58,933 nt of DNA, taken from IMG/VR virus record IMGVR_UViG_3300028831_000111, positions 1-58,933 of that record, one strand, 5' to 3'. This document shows positions 7,103-15,902 of the stretch, piece after piece. The translations under genes and the position numbers were made by a program. Below the pieces are notes generated by a model. That model was given only the letters and a program-made list of their open reading frames with translations, was not told the DNA's origin and searched no databases. Within the stretch, counting starts at the first letter, position 1. The number at the start of each line of letters is the position of its first letter. Origin of the DNA: a virus.

Positions 7103-8067
7103 GCTGCCTCCAGTTGCATGCGGGTGATGTTGGTGAAGCCTTCCTTGATCAGACGCAATGCCTGCTTCAGGGCCTTGATGTCGTTCGCGGCAAATCCGTT
7201 CTCGACCACGACGCGTGTCGCCTGCTTGGCGATGTCGGATGCCTGGTCGGCACGGTCAACGCGTCGTTCGGAGGCGGACTTGAACATGGGCTCCGCCGGG
7301 CCGGTCTGGACCTCGATCAGGTAGTTGTCCAGCAACTGAACCCGGTCGAGGGTCTTCTTCTTCCAGGACAGGCGCAGCGCTTCCAAGATCAGCGCGTCGG
7401 GGATTCCGCCGGACAGCAGCTCTTTGAACTTACGCGCGTACATGCCCTTCACCCTCGGCGTCAGGGTGACGTTCTTCGAAGAGCAGGCATCGAGGAGGGT
7501 GGCGAGCAGGGTCTGTGCGGTTACCGGACGGTCGTTGCTTGCTTCGTCAACAATCTCGCCTTCGAGCGGAGACCCCGCAGGGGGCTCCGTAGTCTTTTGA
7601 TCTTCTTCTTTGGTCTTCTTAGTAATGGTCTTCTTAGTCGGCGACTCCACCGGCGCCGGTGATTCCGTCTCTGGTTCGACCTGCGGAAACTCAGGTTTGC
7701 CCTGTTCAGGGCCAGGGCCGGAATCTTCCGCTGTGGGGGGGTCGCCGGGGTTCTCGGCACATCGATTGATCAGGATGTCGTGGCGGATCTCGTACACCGT
7801 TCCGGTGATCTTCCCAGCGGAACGGAGCTGTCGCCGGACGAGTACCCCGAACTCCTCCAGCTCCCGCATGAGCCGCTGCACGGTGTCTTTGCAACGCCCG
7901 GACTCGGCAGCGATCTGCGACACCCGGAGCAGGTAGCCCTCGTCGTGCGACATCAGGTAGATCAACATCATCCGGGCTTCGAAACTGACCGGCAGCTTTC
8001 GGATCAGGAAGTTCGGAATGATCGTGAAGCGCTGGTTGTACGGGTTACCGGACGTTGCGTATTCCAT
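7099..8067 (-). CDS. Replication initiator / replisome-organiser-like protein with N-terminal winged HTH
   Basis: ATG at 8067 preceded by AAGGAAGGG. N-terminus FTIIPNFLIRKL...SQIAAESGRCKDTVQRLMRELEEFGVLVRR is typical of phage replication HTH proteins. Confidence 0.65.
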   Translation of the reverse strand: MEYATSGNPYNQRFTIIPNFLIRKLPVSFEARMMLIYLMSHDEGYLLRVSQIAAESGRCKDTVQRLMRELEEFGVLVRRQLRSAGKITGTVYEIRHDILINRCAENPGDPPTAEDSGPGPEQGKPEFPQVEPETESPAPVESPTKKTITKKTKEEDQKTTEPPAGSPLEGEIVDEASNDRPVTAQTLLATLLDACSSKNVTLTPRVKGMYARKFKELLSGGIPDALILEALRLSWKKKTLDRVQLLDNYLIEVQTGPAEPMFKSASERRVDRADQASDIAKQATRVVVENGFAANDIKALKQALRLIKEGFTNITRMQLEAA

Positions 8068-8113
8068 CGACGGCCCTTCCTTGCGGGGAGTTGGCAAGCC
8101 TCGTGCCGCCGGG

Positions 8114-8142
8114 CCTATACTGCCCTTGCGTGGAAGAGGCAA
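8114..8142 (-). promoter_or_regulatory. Candidate promoter TTGCCT-N17-TATAGG for the replication operon
   Basis: Lies between terminator 8226-8257 and the ATG at 8067. Hexamers are only moderately consensus-like. Confidence 0.35.
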
Positions 8143-8225
8143 GACACGCTCTCCGCCTATGGGCTATGCGGGGTAACCGGGCTTGGTATACGCTCCGCAC
8201 AACCTCTGGATGAATTAAAAGATCG

Positions 8226-8257
8226 GAAGAAGCCCCGGTTCGCGCCGGGGCTTCTTC
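8226..8257 (-). terminator. Rho-independent terminator
   Basis: 13-bp stem gaagaagccccgg / ccggggcttcttc, followed on the minus strand by CGATCTTTTAA. Confidence 0.8.
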
Positions 8258-8274
8258 ACGTCGTGCGCGTGATG

Positions 8275-8445
8275 CTACCCCCGAACGGGGGGCTGCAGGG
8301 TGGACGACTGCGCTTCGCAGTTGAGGCACTTCCAGCCCGGCCGGGGGCGCATCACGGACACGGGCTCATGCCCCGGGTGCCTGCGGTAGTGAGCGATCCA
8401 CTCCGAAACGCAGATCGCTGCGTCCACGTGGCGCTGGTCGGCCAT
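8275..8445 (-). CDS. Small hypothetical protein (56 aa)
   Basis: Below the ORF-track cutoff. ATG at 8445 overlaps the upstream TGA (TGATG). Very high GC3. Sequence MADQRHVDAAICVSEWIAHYRRHPGHEP... Confidence 0.6.
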   Translation of the reverse strand: MADQRHVDAAICVSEWIAHYRRHPGHEPVSVMRPRPGWKCLNCEAQSSTLQPPVRG

Positions 8446-8645
8446 CAGCGGCCCTCCGGCCGGTTCAGGTTGGCGATGATCCAGTCGTTGGGAGGGTCCT
8501 TCTCCTGGATGCCCGCCAGCGCCGCACAGATGCCCGAGCAGACGTCCCAGCGGGTGCCCTGGAGGTCTTCGGCGCAGGTTTCCGGGGTGAGCTGCTCGAA
8601 GCAGATCTCACACATCGTGCCCCACTGTGGGTGATTTACCGTCAT
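8445..8645 (-). CDS. Cys-rich small protein
   Basis: ATG at 8645 lies 9 nt after AAGGAG. Sequence MTVNHPQWGTMCEICFEQLTPETC... Confidence 0.65.
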   Translation of the reverse strand: MTVNHPQWGTMCEICFEQLTPETCAEDLQGTRWDVCSGICAALAGIQEKDPPNDWIIANLNRPEGR

Positions 8646-8647
8646 GA

Positions 8648-8866
8648 TCAGCACTCCTTGGTCACGTCGACCGACACCGCGCTGACGATCGCCTCCGGCA
8701 GGCCCATCCGGACCCGGTCAGCCCGCACGACCAACATCAAGACGGGCTTCTCGCTGCCTTTCATCGACACCGTGAACTCGTTGACCACGTACGACACGTC
8801 GAGACCGTCGATGGTGATCGAGTGCCCACCTCGATCGTTAGGAACAATCAGGACATCCGATGCCAC
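8648..8866 (-). CDS. Hypothetical protein
   Basis: GTG at 8866 preceded by ACAGGAG. First gene after terminator 8928-8977. Confidence 0.7.
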   Translation of the reverse strand: MASDVLIVPNDRGGHSITIDGLDVSYVVNEFTVSMKGSEKPVLMLVVRADRVRMGLPEAIVSAVSVDVTKEC

Positions 8867-8927
8867 TCAGGCACACTCCTGTCATAGGCTTGCAACGCGA
8901 ACTCCTTCGGGATAACGCCTCCAGAAA

Positions 8928-8977
8928 GTCGGGGCCGGTCGTTTCTTCCCCCCAGATGCGAGACGACCGGCCCCGAC
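8928..8977 (-). terminator. Stem-loop terminator after the Xis-like gene
   Basis: 15-bp perfect stem gtcggggccggtcgt / acgaccggccccgac, followed on the minus strand by TTTCT. Confidence 0.65.
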
Positions 8978-8979
8978 GC

Positions 8980-9285
8980 CTACGCGGCGGCGGGCGGAAC
9001 CTGATCAGCGGCGATGACCTCTTCGTGCGTAGTTCGGTGCGACCTCGGACGGCGCGAGCCACGAGCGCGGGCCGCCTTCCCCGGCGGCCACCGGTCGGAG
9101 CGCTGAGCCCAATCGATGATGGTCCGCTCATACCAAAGCGGCTTGTCGGTGATGTTCGGGAAGTCTGGATCAGGCAGCGGCGGCCACAGCTCGCCTTTCT
9201 GGGAACGCTGGCGCCACTGCTGCGGGGTCACGTCACTGACCCCGAGAAGCTGAGCAATGCCGATCATGTCGATGACGGTTTCCAT
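8980..9285 (-). CDS. Helix-turn-helix DNA-binding protein (excisionase/MerR-like fold)
   Basis: N-terminus MIGIAQLLGVSDVTPQQWRQR...PLWYERTIIDWA matches the Xis/AlpA-type HTH pattern. First gene after a promoter. Confidence 0.65.
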   Translation of the reverse strand: METVIDMIGIAQLLGVSDVTPQQWRQRSQKGELWPPLPDPDFPNITDKPLWYERTIIDWAQRSDRWPPGKAARARGSRRPRSHRTTHEEVIAADQVPPAAA

Positions 9286-9336
9286 GGCAGTCCTTCGTGT
9301 GTTCGAGCAGGTGGCAGACCGGGACTGTCAGGATCG

Positions 9337-9365
9337 ATCATACAGTGTTGATCTTGCCTTGTCGT
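9337..9365 (-). promoter_or_regulatory. Candidate early promoter ACGACA-N17-TATGAT
   Basis: Good -10 hexamer. The -35 lies in a 7-bp inverted repeat ccttgtc...gacaagg. Located just downstream of the holin terminator. Confidence 0.45.
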
Positions 9366-9424
9366 GCCTCGCCAGACAAGGTATGCTGATCGAAGCAGAC
9401 CGGTCTCCACCCGGAGAACCAGAA

Positions 9425-9454
9425 GCCCCCCAAGGGCCGGAAGCCTTGGGGGGC
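9425..9454 (-). terminator. Terminator after the lysis cassette
   Basis: 11-bp stem gccccccaagg / ccttggggggc, followed by T-rich sequence. Confidence 0.7.
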
Positions 9455-9464
9455 TTTCTCCGTT

Positions 9465-9719
9465 CTACTGATTCTCGGGATCGGTCGCCCGGTCCGGCAC
9501 CAGCGAAGCCGACCCCGCCGGACCCACCCCGAGACCGTTCCCGGCCACCGAGAGACACGCCGAGATAGCCGCCGCGACCAGGCCCGCCCACATGTAGCGT
9601 TCCCAGGGGATAGACGCCGTGTTCGTCAGGTCCAGCGTCACCAGCAATGCACCGACAGCGGCAGCCGCCGCGCGAATCGCCCGCTCAAGGACGCCCTTCC
9701 AGTAGCCCCAGGTCCACAT
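9465..9719 (-). CDS. Holin (actinophage r1t-like type)
   Basis: 84 aa. WKGVLERAIRAAAAAVGALL followed by a second TM helix and a hydrophilic tail. Immediately follows the endolysin with a 1-nt overlap. Confidence 0.7.
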   Translation of the reverse strand: MWTWGYWKGVLERAIRAAAAAVGALLVTLDLTNTASIPWERYMWAGLVAAAISACLSVAGNGLGVGPAGSASLVPDRATDPENQ

Positions 9720-10579
9720 CAGTGGATCACCGGCCCCTGCTCGAACAGCACCGACAGCGACCCGTCGTAGACCGGCGTGTCCGCGTCCGGAGCGACGCGC
9801 TTCACCGACACCACTCGGGTGTTCTGCGGCAGCTCGATCGACAGCACCACACCCGACGTGAGTTGGTAAATGCCGTCGGCGCTCTTACCCAACGGAGCCC
9901 AGTTACCGTCCCCGGTCGAGTACCACAGCCGCACGGCGTACTTGTTACCGCCGGTGTCGTTACACACGTTGATCCACGCCCGGCGCGGGTTCGCCGCGCC
10001 CGCCTGAACCGGCGTCACCGTGATCGACGTGAAGCCCTCCAACCCCAGGAAGACCGGCCCAATCTGAGAACCCATTTCCTCGTCATCCCCTCCTGCCGAC
10101 ATCCGGGCGATCGGGTCGTACGCAACGGTGTTCGCCGTTGCGTAGTCACTGCGCCCCGAGATGTGAATGTGGCCCTTATCCGTGCTCGATACGGTGACCT
10201 TGTACGGCTGCCACGACGTGTGCCACGTCCGGCCCTGCTCGTCGGTCCAGTTGATGTACTTGATCCACTCGGTGCCCGGGACGTTCGAGTCCTTATCGGC
10301 GATGATCTGCCGTGCCAGCCGCGTCTGACCCGCCGCACCGTCCGAGCCCGGCATGATGTCGACCGCGAACCCGTACCAGCGCGGTGACGACACCGGCCAG
10401 CCCGTCGCCGAGTACGGGGTGTGATCCTCCGGCGGGTTCGCCTGCTGGTGCGACTCGTCTGGGTATGCGTACACCGTAAGGCCGTATCCCTGGAGCACCT
10501 TCTGGAGCTTCGCCAACGGCGCCGCCAACGTGAACGGCTGCCCGGCGTCGATCCAGGCCGAATACGCCAGTGAAGCCAT
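9719..10579 (-). CDS. Endolysin, LAS-type zinc peptidase (M15-like) with a C-terminal beta-rich domain
   Basis: H..(N)..D and HxH signatures (ESHQQANPPEDHTPYS, KGHIHIS). Sits next to the holin. Confidence 0.7.
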   Translation of the reverse strand: MASLAYSAWIDAGQPFTLAAPLAKLQKVLQGYGLTVYAYPDESHQQANPPEDHTPYSATGWPVSSPRWYGFAVDIMPGSDGAAGQTRLARQIIADKDSNVPGTEWIKYINWTDEQGRTWHTSWQPYKVTVSSTDKGHIHISGRSDYATANTVAYDPIARMSAGGDDEEMGSQIGPVFLGLEGFTSITVTPVQAGAANPRRAWINVCNDTGGNKYAVRLWYSTGDGNWAPLGKSADGIYQLTSGVVLSIELPQNTRVVSVKRVAPDADTPVYDGSLSVLFEQGPVIH

Positions 10580-10641
10580 CCGCTCCCCCTAACTGTCTGA
10601 CTTAGGTGGAGGGTACGCCGCCAAGCTGTACGTTGGCGGCC

Positions 10642-10917
10642 ATGAGATTGCCGTCTGTTCTGGTTGCCGTACTGCTCGTCGCGGGGTGTGGCACCAGAAG
10701 CCCCGACATTCCCGCTATAACCGAGCAGCCGCGCGTTTCGCAGAGCCCTTCCCCGAGCCCCACGCCAAGCCCTGCGCCGGAGACATTAGGAACCGAGACA
10801 GAGATCCACGGCGTGCCCGGCGGATACTGCGCAACTAACCGCTATGGAAAGCACATCCAGATCAACGGCGTCACCTACACCTGCAATGGGCCGAAGCCTT
10901 ACAGGTGGCGCCGCTAA
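10642..10917 (+). CDS. Lipoprotein (signal peptide with lipobox LVAGC), plus strand
   Basis: MRLPSVLVAVLLVAGCGTRS, then a Pro/Ser-rich linker SPSPSPTPSPAP. Opposite strand to its neighbours, and its stop overlaps the stop of 10914..11252. Confidence 0.65.
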   Translation: MRLPSVLVAVLLVAGCGTRSPDIPAITEQPRVSQSPSPSPTPSPAPETLGTETEIHGVPGGYCATNRYGKHIQINGVTYTCNGPKPYRWRR

Positions 10918-11252
10918 CCGCAGAAGTCGGAAGGCGGGGGAACCAGCGGGTTGTCTCGCTTCGTCTTCTCGCCTGCGTCGTAGGCTTCCAGGTACGCCTG
11001 CGCCTTGCGGCGGTACTCCTCGCCGGAGACCAGAGACGAGCGCATCACGTCGGCCAGCGCCGCCGCCTGCCGGTCGTTCGCCTCGGCCCGCGCCTTCGCG
11101 ACCTGCGACGTCTTCTCGTTGTAGGCCCGGATGCACTCCGACTGGTGCTGAACCTGATAGCCGAGGTAGCTCGCCACGACCAGCGTGATCAACATTACGG
11201 TCTCGACCAGCGGAAACGCCCACCGCTCGCCCACAAGCTTGCGGATCACCAT
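10914..11252 (-). CDS. Membrane-anchored coiled-coil protein (lysis-cassette neighbour)
   Basis: N-terminal TM helix LVETVMLITLVVASYLGY, followed by a helical region. Confidence 0.7.
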   Translation of the reverse strand: MVIRKLVGERWAFPLVETVMLITLVVASYLGYQVQHQSECIRAYNEKTSQVAKARAEANDRQAAALADVMRSSLVSGEEYRRKAQAYLEAYDAGEKTKRDNPLVPPPSDFCG

Positions 11253-11366
11253 CTAGCGGTCCTCCCGGTTACGCCTCACGTAGACCCCCAACTGCCCAAC
11301 GGCAGCACCGAGCAGCACCGCCAGGCAGATCCACGCGATCGCCTCGGTGAGATATGAGGTCGTCAC
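11253..11366 (-). CDS. Small membrane protein (37 aa)
   Basis: GTG at 11366 overlaps the upstream TGA. TM segment AIAWICLAVLLGAAVGQLGVYV. Confidence 0.5.
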   Translation of the reverse strand: MTTSYLTEAIAWICLAVLLGAAVGQLGVYVRRNREDR

Positions 11367-11653
11367 GACTCGTCCTTGTCGCCTAGTCGGGGGGCACCTG
11401 GCCCGCCGAGTGTCGGTCCATCCGTGCCGCCCGGGTTCTGTACGCGGGACCACGGCTGGTAGAGCGCAACGTACACACCAGACGGAATACCCCAGCTCCA
11501 GACTTCAGGCAACTGGTTGCGCAAAATCCCCACCAACACGTAGACCAGCCAAGCCCCCGCAACCGTCAACATGACCACATGCCTGACCTGAGAATTGGTC
11601 AAGAAAACCTCCCCAGTGCGGTCGTGCCGCGTCCCCTCCGGCTGACTGATCAT
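11363..11653 (-). CDS. Membrane protein
   Basis: ATG at 11653 chosen. Codons upstream of it are AT-rich at third positions. TM segment VVMLTVAGAWLVYVLVGIL. Confidence 0.55.
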   Translation of the reverse strand: MISQPEGTRHDRTGEVFLTNSQVRHVVMLTVAGAWLVYVLVGILRNQLPEVWSWGIPSGVYVALYQPWSRVQNPGGTDGPTLGGPGAPRLGDKDES

Positions 11654-11687
11654 CCCAGAAACCTGACAATTTATCGTCACCCTCCGA

Positions 11688-12035
11688 CTACAGCCGGACT
11701 TCAGGGAGCAGGGAGAATACGAGACATTTCAGATCATTCGCCGAGAAGTCCAAGAGCAACTGCGGCCCGAACGTCTCCACCGGGAAAGGCCCAACAATGT
11801 CGAACTGGTTTGCGGTCAGCGAATAGACCTGGTCAGCGATACTGAGACCGTAAATCGTATCCGGCGTTGTCACCGTCAACGTTCGAGTCGAAGATCCATT
11901 CGCCAGATACACCACCGTTGCGCCATCGTTCGCGGCGTAGTTACCGTTCGCCACATCCGGCACGACAAGATCCGAAGCGATCCACACGAACCCGGCCAGC
12001 CGGACCCGCTTCGTTGCGATCAGCGTCCTGGCCAT
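11688..12035 (-). CDS. Hypothetical tail-module protein
   Basis: ATG at 12035 overlaps the upstream stop. Beta-rich composition. Confidence 0.7.
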   Translation of the reverse strand: MARTLIATKRVRLAGFVWIASDLVVPDVANGNYAANDGATVVYLANGSSTRTLTVTTPDTIYGLSIADQVYSLTANQFDIVGPFPVETFGPQLLLDFSANDLKCLVFSLLPEVRL

Positions 12036-12310
12036 CAGTCCTCCTCGCCGTTGAGCAGGGCCTGCGCTACCGCTTCCAGCAGCTCCAGCGGAGCCTGCTC
12101 CGTACCCAGGAGCGCCAGCCCGCCGAGGCGCGGCGGGACGTCCGCCAGCGTACGGATCACCACGTACGGGGAGCGCGTTGTCTCCACGTAGTCCGCCACC
12201 AGATCGATATCGGTAGAGACGATCCCCACCGGACGGGGGTCGACTACGGCCGACACCGCAGGCCCGTACCGGGCCTCCCCGCCCGGCCCGAACACCACGT
12301 CATCGCACAT
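12035..12310 (-). CDS. Hypothetical tail-module protein
   Basis: ATG at 12310 lies 8 nt after AAGGGG. This avoids overlap with 12325..12876. Confidence 0.6.
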   Translation of the reverse strand: MCDDVVFGPGGEARYGPAVSAVVDPRPVGIVSTDIDLVADYVETTRSPYVVIRTLADVPPRLGGLALLGTEQAPLELLEAVAQALLNGEED

Positions 12311-12324
12311 GTCCCCAGCCCCTT

Positions 12325-12876
12325 CTAGCTGCAGATCTTCCACACGTACAGGTTCAACACGGACAGGTTCGTCGTGCCGCCGCCCTCGTGGTAGATGTTC
12401 ACCGTTACGAAGTCGCCTACGGAGCCCATGAAGACCATGCCCTCAGCCGCGAATGTGCTCTGCGGCCCCCACAGCGTCCGCTGCATGTACGCAGTGCTGT
12501 TCTTCGACACCACCACGTCAGCGCGCGTCCAGCCCGTCTTGTCCCACGAGATCGGCACCGCATGGACCATGTAGACCCCGGCCCCCGATGACGCTGAGAC
12601 AGTAACTCGTGTCGGTTGAGTGCCCAGGTTGACCATGCCGTGCGTGTCGTACACCAGGTCATCGAACGGGACCACAGTCGAAGCGGCGGCGGGCAGCGCC
12701 AGCGCCGAGATCCGCCGAACGAACACCGCCGGACGGGTCAACGCCGCCGTGCGCGCCGTGTCCGCCGCATTCAACTGCGCCGCCACGTCGTCGGCAAGGT
12801 TCTTCAGCGTCGTGTGGTCGATCACGTCGGTGTCCTGCCCGAACCGGATCGACTGCGTGTCGGTCGTCCCAGCCAT
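12325..12876 (-). CDS. Minor tail / fibre protein, paralogue 3 of 3
   Basis: Same layout as the two upstream genes: short N-terminal helix (LADDVAAQLNAAD), then a beta-rich C-terminal domain. Confidence 0.7.
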   Translation of the reverse strand: MAGTTDTQSIRFGQDTDVIDHTTLKNLADDVAAQLNAADTARTAALTRPAVFVRRISALALPAAASTVVPFDDLVYDTHGMVNLGTQPTRVTVSASSGAGVYMVHAVPISWDKTGWTRADVVVSKNSTAYMQRTLWGPQSTFAAEGMVFMGSVGDFVTVNIYHEGGGTTNLSVLNLYVWKICS

Positions 12877-13476
12877 CTATGCCCCAAACAGTCGGGTTGC
12901 GCAGAGCCGGGTCATGCCCGTCTTTACGGTGACGTTAGAACCAGTGTTCGAGTGGAGGTAGCGCGCCGTCAGGGTCAACCCCGGAGCCAAGTACATGATC
13001 GAATCCAGGGTGTTGTAGCAGTCCTGCGAACCAGCCTGGTACGTCTCCGAGTACCGCACGTCTACATCGACCTGGTTGCCGTACTGGAACTTGTAGACCG
13101 CAAGCGACAGGCGGTGCCGCGCGTTCGCGGTGATCGTGCCCGACGCGCCCGCGCGGGTGCAGCCAGTCACGTGGTACCAGCCCTGCCCAAGCGTCGACAC
13201 GGTGATCGTCTGCCCGGCGATGATGCCCACCCCGGTCGACTTCTCCGTTGTCGTGAACAAGATCGGCGTCTCGTTGTTCGGCGTGTACCCGGTCTGGTCC
13301 GCCGACAAGGCGATCATCACCGTCGGCTTCGTCAGCTCAGCCGCCCACCCCGCGTCGAGCACATCCAGGTCAGCCGCCACCGCCCGCGCCAGCGCCTCCG
13401 AGTGCGTGCCGCCCCGCGCCGCCTCGCGGTTCGAAGACGGAAACGGGTAGTCGCGGTTCGGCGTGTAGCTCGTCAT
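12877..13476 (-). CDS. Minor tail / fibre protein, paralogue 2 of 3
   Basis: ATG at 13476 overlaps the upstream TGA (TGATG). Shares the LARAVAADLDVLD helix plus beta-rich domain. Confidence 0.7.
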   Translation of the reverse strand: MTSYTPNRDYPFPSSNREAARGGTHSEALARAVAADLDVLDAGWAAELTKPTVMIALSADQTGYTPNNETPILFTTTEKSTGVGIIAGQTITVSTLGQGWYHVTGCTRAGASGTITANARHRLSLAVYKFQYGNQVDVDVRYSETYQAGSQDCYNTLDSIMYLAPGLTLTARYLHSNTGSNVTVKTGMTRLCATRLFGA

Positions 13477-14048
13477 CACGTGTCCCTGATCTTGTACGCC
13501 CACAGTTCAGCGAACGTCACCGTAGTCACGAACGTCGAAGGACTCCCCAACGCCACCAGGCCCAACGCCGCGATTTCGCCCTGCCCTGACAGGGTCGTCT
13601 CCACCAGCGAATACGAGCCCGACACCCCAAGCGACGCGTCGTGGTAGTCGGAGTTGGTGGTGGAACCACCCGACTTCAGCAGAATCCCCACGTCCGTGCT
13701 GCCGCCGCCGAAGCCTGAGGTCTGCACGTAAGCGCCGATGCACCAGTACCCCGGGTACAGCAACTGGATCTGTCGCGGGTCGTTGGTCAGGTCCACCAGC
13801 CCAGCCGTGTCGAACATGACCGTGTCAAAGACGATCTGCGGAAACGCCGCCGCCGAATCGACCGTCACCGGCGTCGTTACCCGGATGCAGGCCGCCGGGG
13901 GCGTCGAAGACCGGTCCAGGTCGTGGTAGTGCGCGGTCATCCGCTGATCAATGTCAGTGGCCAGCCGTTGAATGTACGAAGCCATCTGGCGGGGGTCGTC
14001 GGTTGCGGTCGTCCTGGTCAGGTTCTGCGTCGCGGTCGTATCCGTCAT
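13476..14048 (-). CDS. Minor tail / fibre protein, paralogue 1 of 3
   Basis: Shares the IQRLATDIDQRM helix plus beta-rich domain. Confidence 0.7.
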   Translation of the reverse strand: MTDTTATQNLTRTTATDDPRQMASYIQRLATDIDQRMTAHYHDLDRSSTPPAACIRVTTPVTVDSAAAFPQIVFDTVMFDTAGLVDLTNDPRQIQLLYPGYWCIGAYVQTSGFGGGSTDVGILLKSGGSTTNSDYHDASLGVSGSYSLVETTLSGQGEIAALGLVALGSPSTFVTTVTFAELWAYKIRDT

Positions 14049-14049
14049 G

Positions 14050-14769
14050 TCACACCGTCGGGATCACGGAGGTGTGGCCCATGTCCAGGGCGATGAGGTA
14101 GCCGCGCCGAACGCCGGGGTCATCGATCCGGACCGTGCCCGACCCTGCCCCACGCTGAATCGACATCGTGATCTTGACCTCCTTGCCGCCCTCCGTTGGA
14201 GGAACCATGTACCCCGCCGAAGCGAAGTGCCCGAACGCAGCGCCGCCCGCCTGAATCAACTCATCTGAACCGATCGTGGAGCCCGTCACTGAATTCTTGA
14301 ACGTCACAAACAGCACATCATTCACGGTGTTGTTGAACCACGAATAGCCCACCCACAGCATCACCCAGTGATTCGGCGGGTGATAGTAGTTCAGCGCATA
14401 CCGGGGAACCGTCACCACCGAGCCCGTTGAAGACGCAGGAGACACCCCCGACCCGGACAGCACCACCCCGCCCAGCAGCGTCGTACCCAGGCCCGACCCT
14501 GGCGTGACGTTGTCCGTCGCCGTCCCCGGCCCCACCGGGCGGCCCAGCACCACCCAGGAATCCTCGAACCGCAACATCCCCACCGGGTCCCCGACGGCCG
14601 GGTTGTAGCCCTGCAGGTGCGCGATATTCGGCACCAGGCCCGTACCAACCGACACGTCGATGCCCCGCGACGTCACCGCAACGACTGTGCCCATGCGGAT
14701 ATCCGACGGCGAATCGGTCCGCGCCGCCGTCTGCGACGCCAGCCGCGACGCCCCCACCGGCGCGGTCAC
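14050..14769 (-). CDS. Minor tail protein
   Basis: In the tail-tip gene block. Gly/Ser/Thr-rich. Confidence 0.7.
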   Translation of the reverse strand: MTAPVGASRLASQTAARTDSPSDIRMGTVVAVTSRGIDVSVGTGLVPNIAHLQGYNPAVGDPVGMLRFEDSWVVLGRPVGPGTATDNVTPGSGLGTTLLGGVVLSGSGVSPASSTGSVVTVPRYALNYYHPPNHWVMLWVGYSWFNNTVNDVLFVTFKNSVTGSTIGSDELIQAGGAAFGHFASAGYMVPPTEGGKEVKITMSIQRGAGSGTVRIDDPGVRRGYLIALDMGHTSVIPTV

Positions 14770-15902
14770 GAGTCCTCCCCCGACAGCAGGTCACGGCAGT
14801 CGACAGACATCGTGCCCGATGGCTCCAGCGGCATCGTGAACCCCGAGACGAACTGCACCACATGGTGACCACGGAACGTCAAATCCAGCGCGTCACCCAG
14901 CTCGATCGACGCGTCGGGGATGCACGACACCTGCCACGCCTCCGTCAGCACCTTCGAGCGCTGCAGGATCGTCCCTGCCAGGGACAGCAACTGCTGCTGA
15001 TTCGCCGCGCCCGTCACCCGGACCTGCAGCGTTCGCACCCCGAACGGCCCACCGACCCACGTCGGGGACGTCACGTCCGTGTCCGACGCTGTCGCGTACA
15101 GCACGGCGCCGCCGTCGGCCCGATCCGACAACACCGTCACCTGGTTGTAGATCCCCGAGGTGGAGCGCGTCGGATAGGCGTCGACCAGGGTGCCGCCGTC
15201 CCCGTCGGTCAGGAAGATCGGCGCGGATGTCAGGTCAGCCGTCCACGGCACCCGGCGCAGCACGTACCGGCCATCGGCCAAGGTGTACCAGTTCGCTGAA
15301 GCGGCCTTCGCCAGCGAGTCCAGCGCCGCGCCGCGATCGCTGTCGTAGGACAGCACCGGCACCCGCTCAACGAAGGTGTCGTGGGTGCCGAACTGTGCCG
15401 ACGGGTCCGCGTCCAGAACGATCCGTTCGAACTCGTCCACGATCGGGTCGCCATCCTGCGCGGGCGTAGGTGACTCGAATCCCGCCCCCGATACCCGCAA
15501 CGCCGTGTCGGCAGCGTCCAGGGTCGCCACCCCGTTGCGGACCGGCCGAACCTGCTCGATCGTGCCCGTGAACGCCGCGAACTCGTCCGGGGAGTTGTTG
15601 CCGTATCGAATGCCCTTGAACACCCGCAGTTCTTGTCCGTACGGGTTGAGCAGGTCTGTCGTCTTCCACGGGTACAGGTAGTCGGGGACGGTCAAGGTCA
15701 ACTGTCGGGTCACTCTCGACCCCAGCGTTGCCCGGATCGAGCCGCCAAAAAAGACCGGCACGCTGGACGAGTACGGGGCCGACCGGTCGACCCACACCAA
15801 CTCGTCCACCTTGACCCCGGAACGCCACACCTCAACCCGCGCGTACGCCTCATGCGAACCGGCCAGGGCGTTGCGGTACCAGGGATTGCGCGGCGGGATC
15901 AT
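14766..15902 (-). CDS. Minor tail protein (baseplate/tail-tip component)
   Basis: ATG at 15902 overlaps the upstream TGA (ATGA). The 120-aa N-terminal extension of the track ORF is Arg/Gly/Pro-rich and overlaps the upstream gene. Confidence 0.7.
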   Translation of the reverse strand: MIPPRNPWYRNALAGSHEAYARVEVWRSGVKVDELVWVDRSAPYSSSVPVFFGGSIRATLGSRVTRQLTLTVPDYLYPWKTTDLLNPYGQELRVFKGIRYGNNSPDEFAAFTGTIEQVRPVRNGVATLDAADTALRVSGAGFESPTPAQDGDPIVDEFERIVLDADPSAQFGTHDTFVERVPVLSYDSDRGAALDSLAKAASANWYTLADGRYVLRRVPWTADLTSAPIFLTDGDGGTLVDAYPTRSTSGIYNQVTVLSDRADGGAVLYATASDTDVTSPTWVGGPFGVRTLQVRVTGAANQQQLLSLAGTILQRSKVLTEAWQVSCIPDASIELGDALDLTFRGHHVVQFVSGFTMPLEPSGTMSVDCRDLLSGEDS

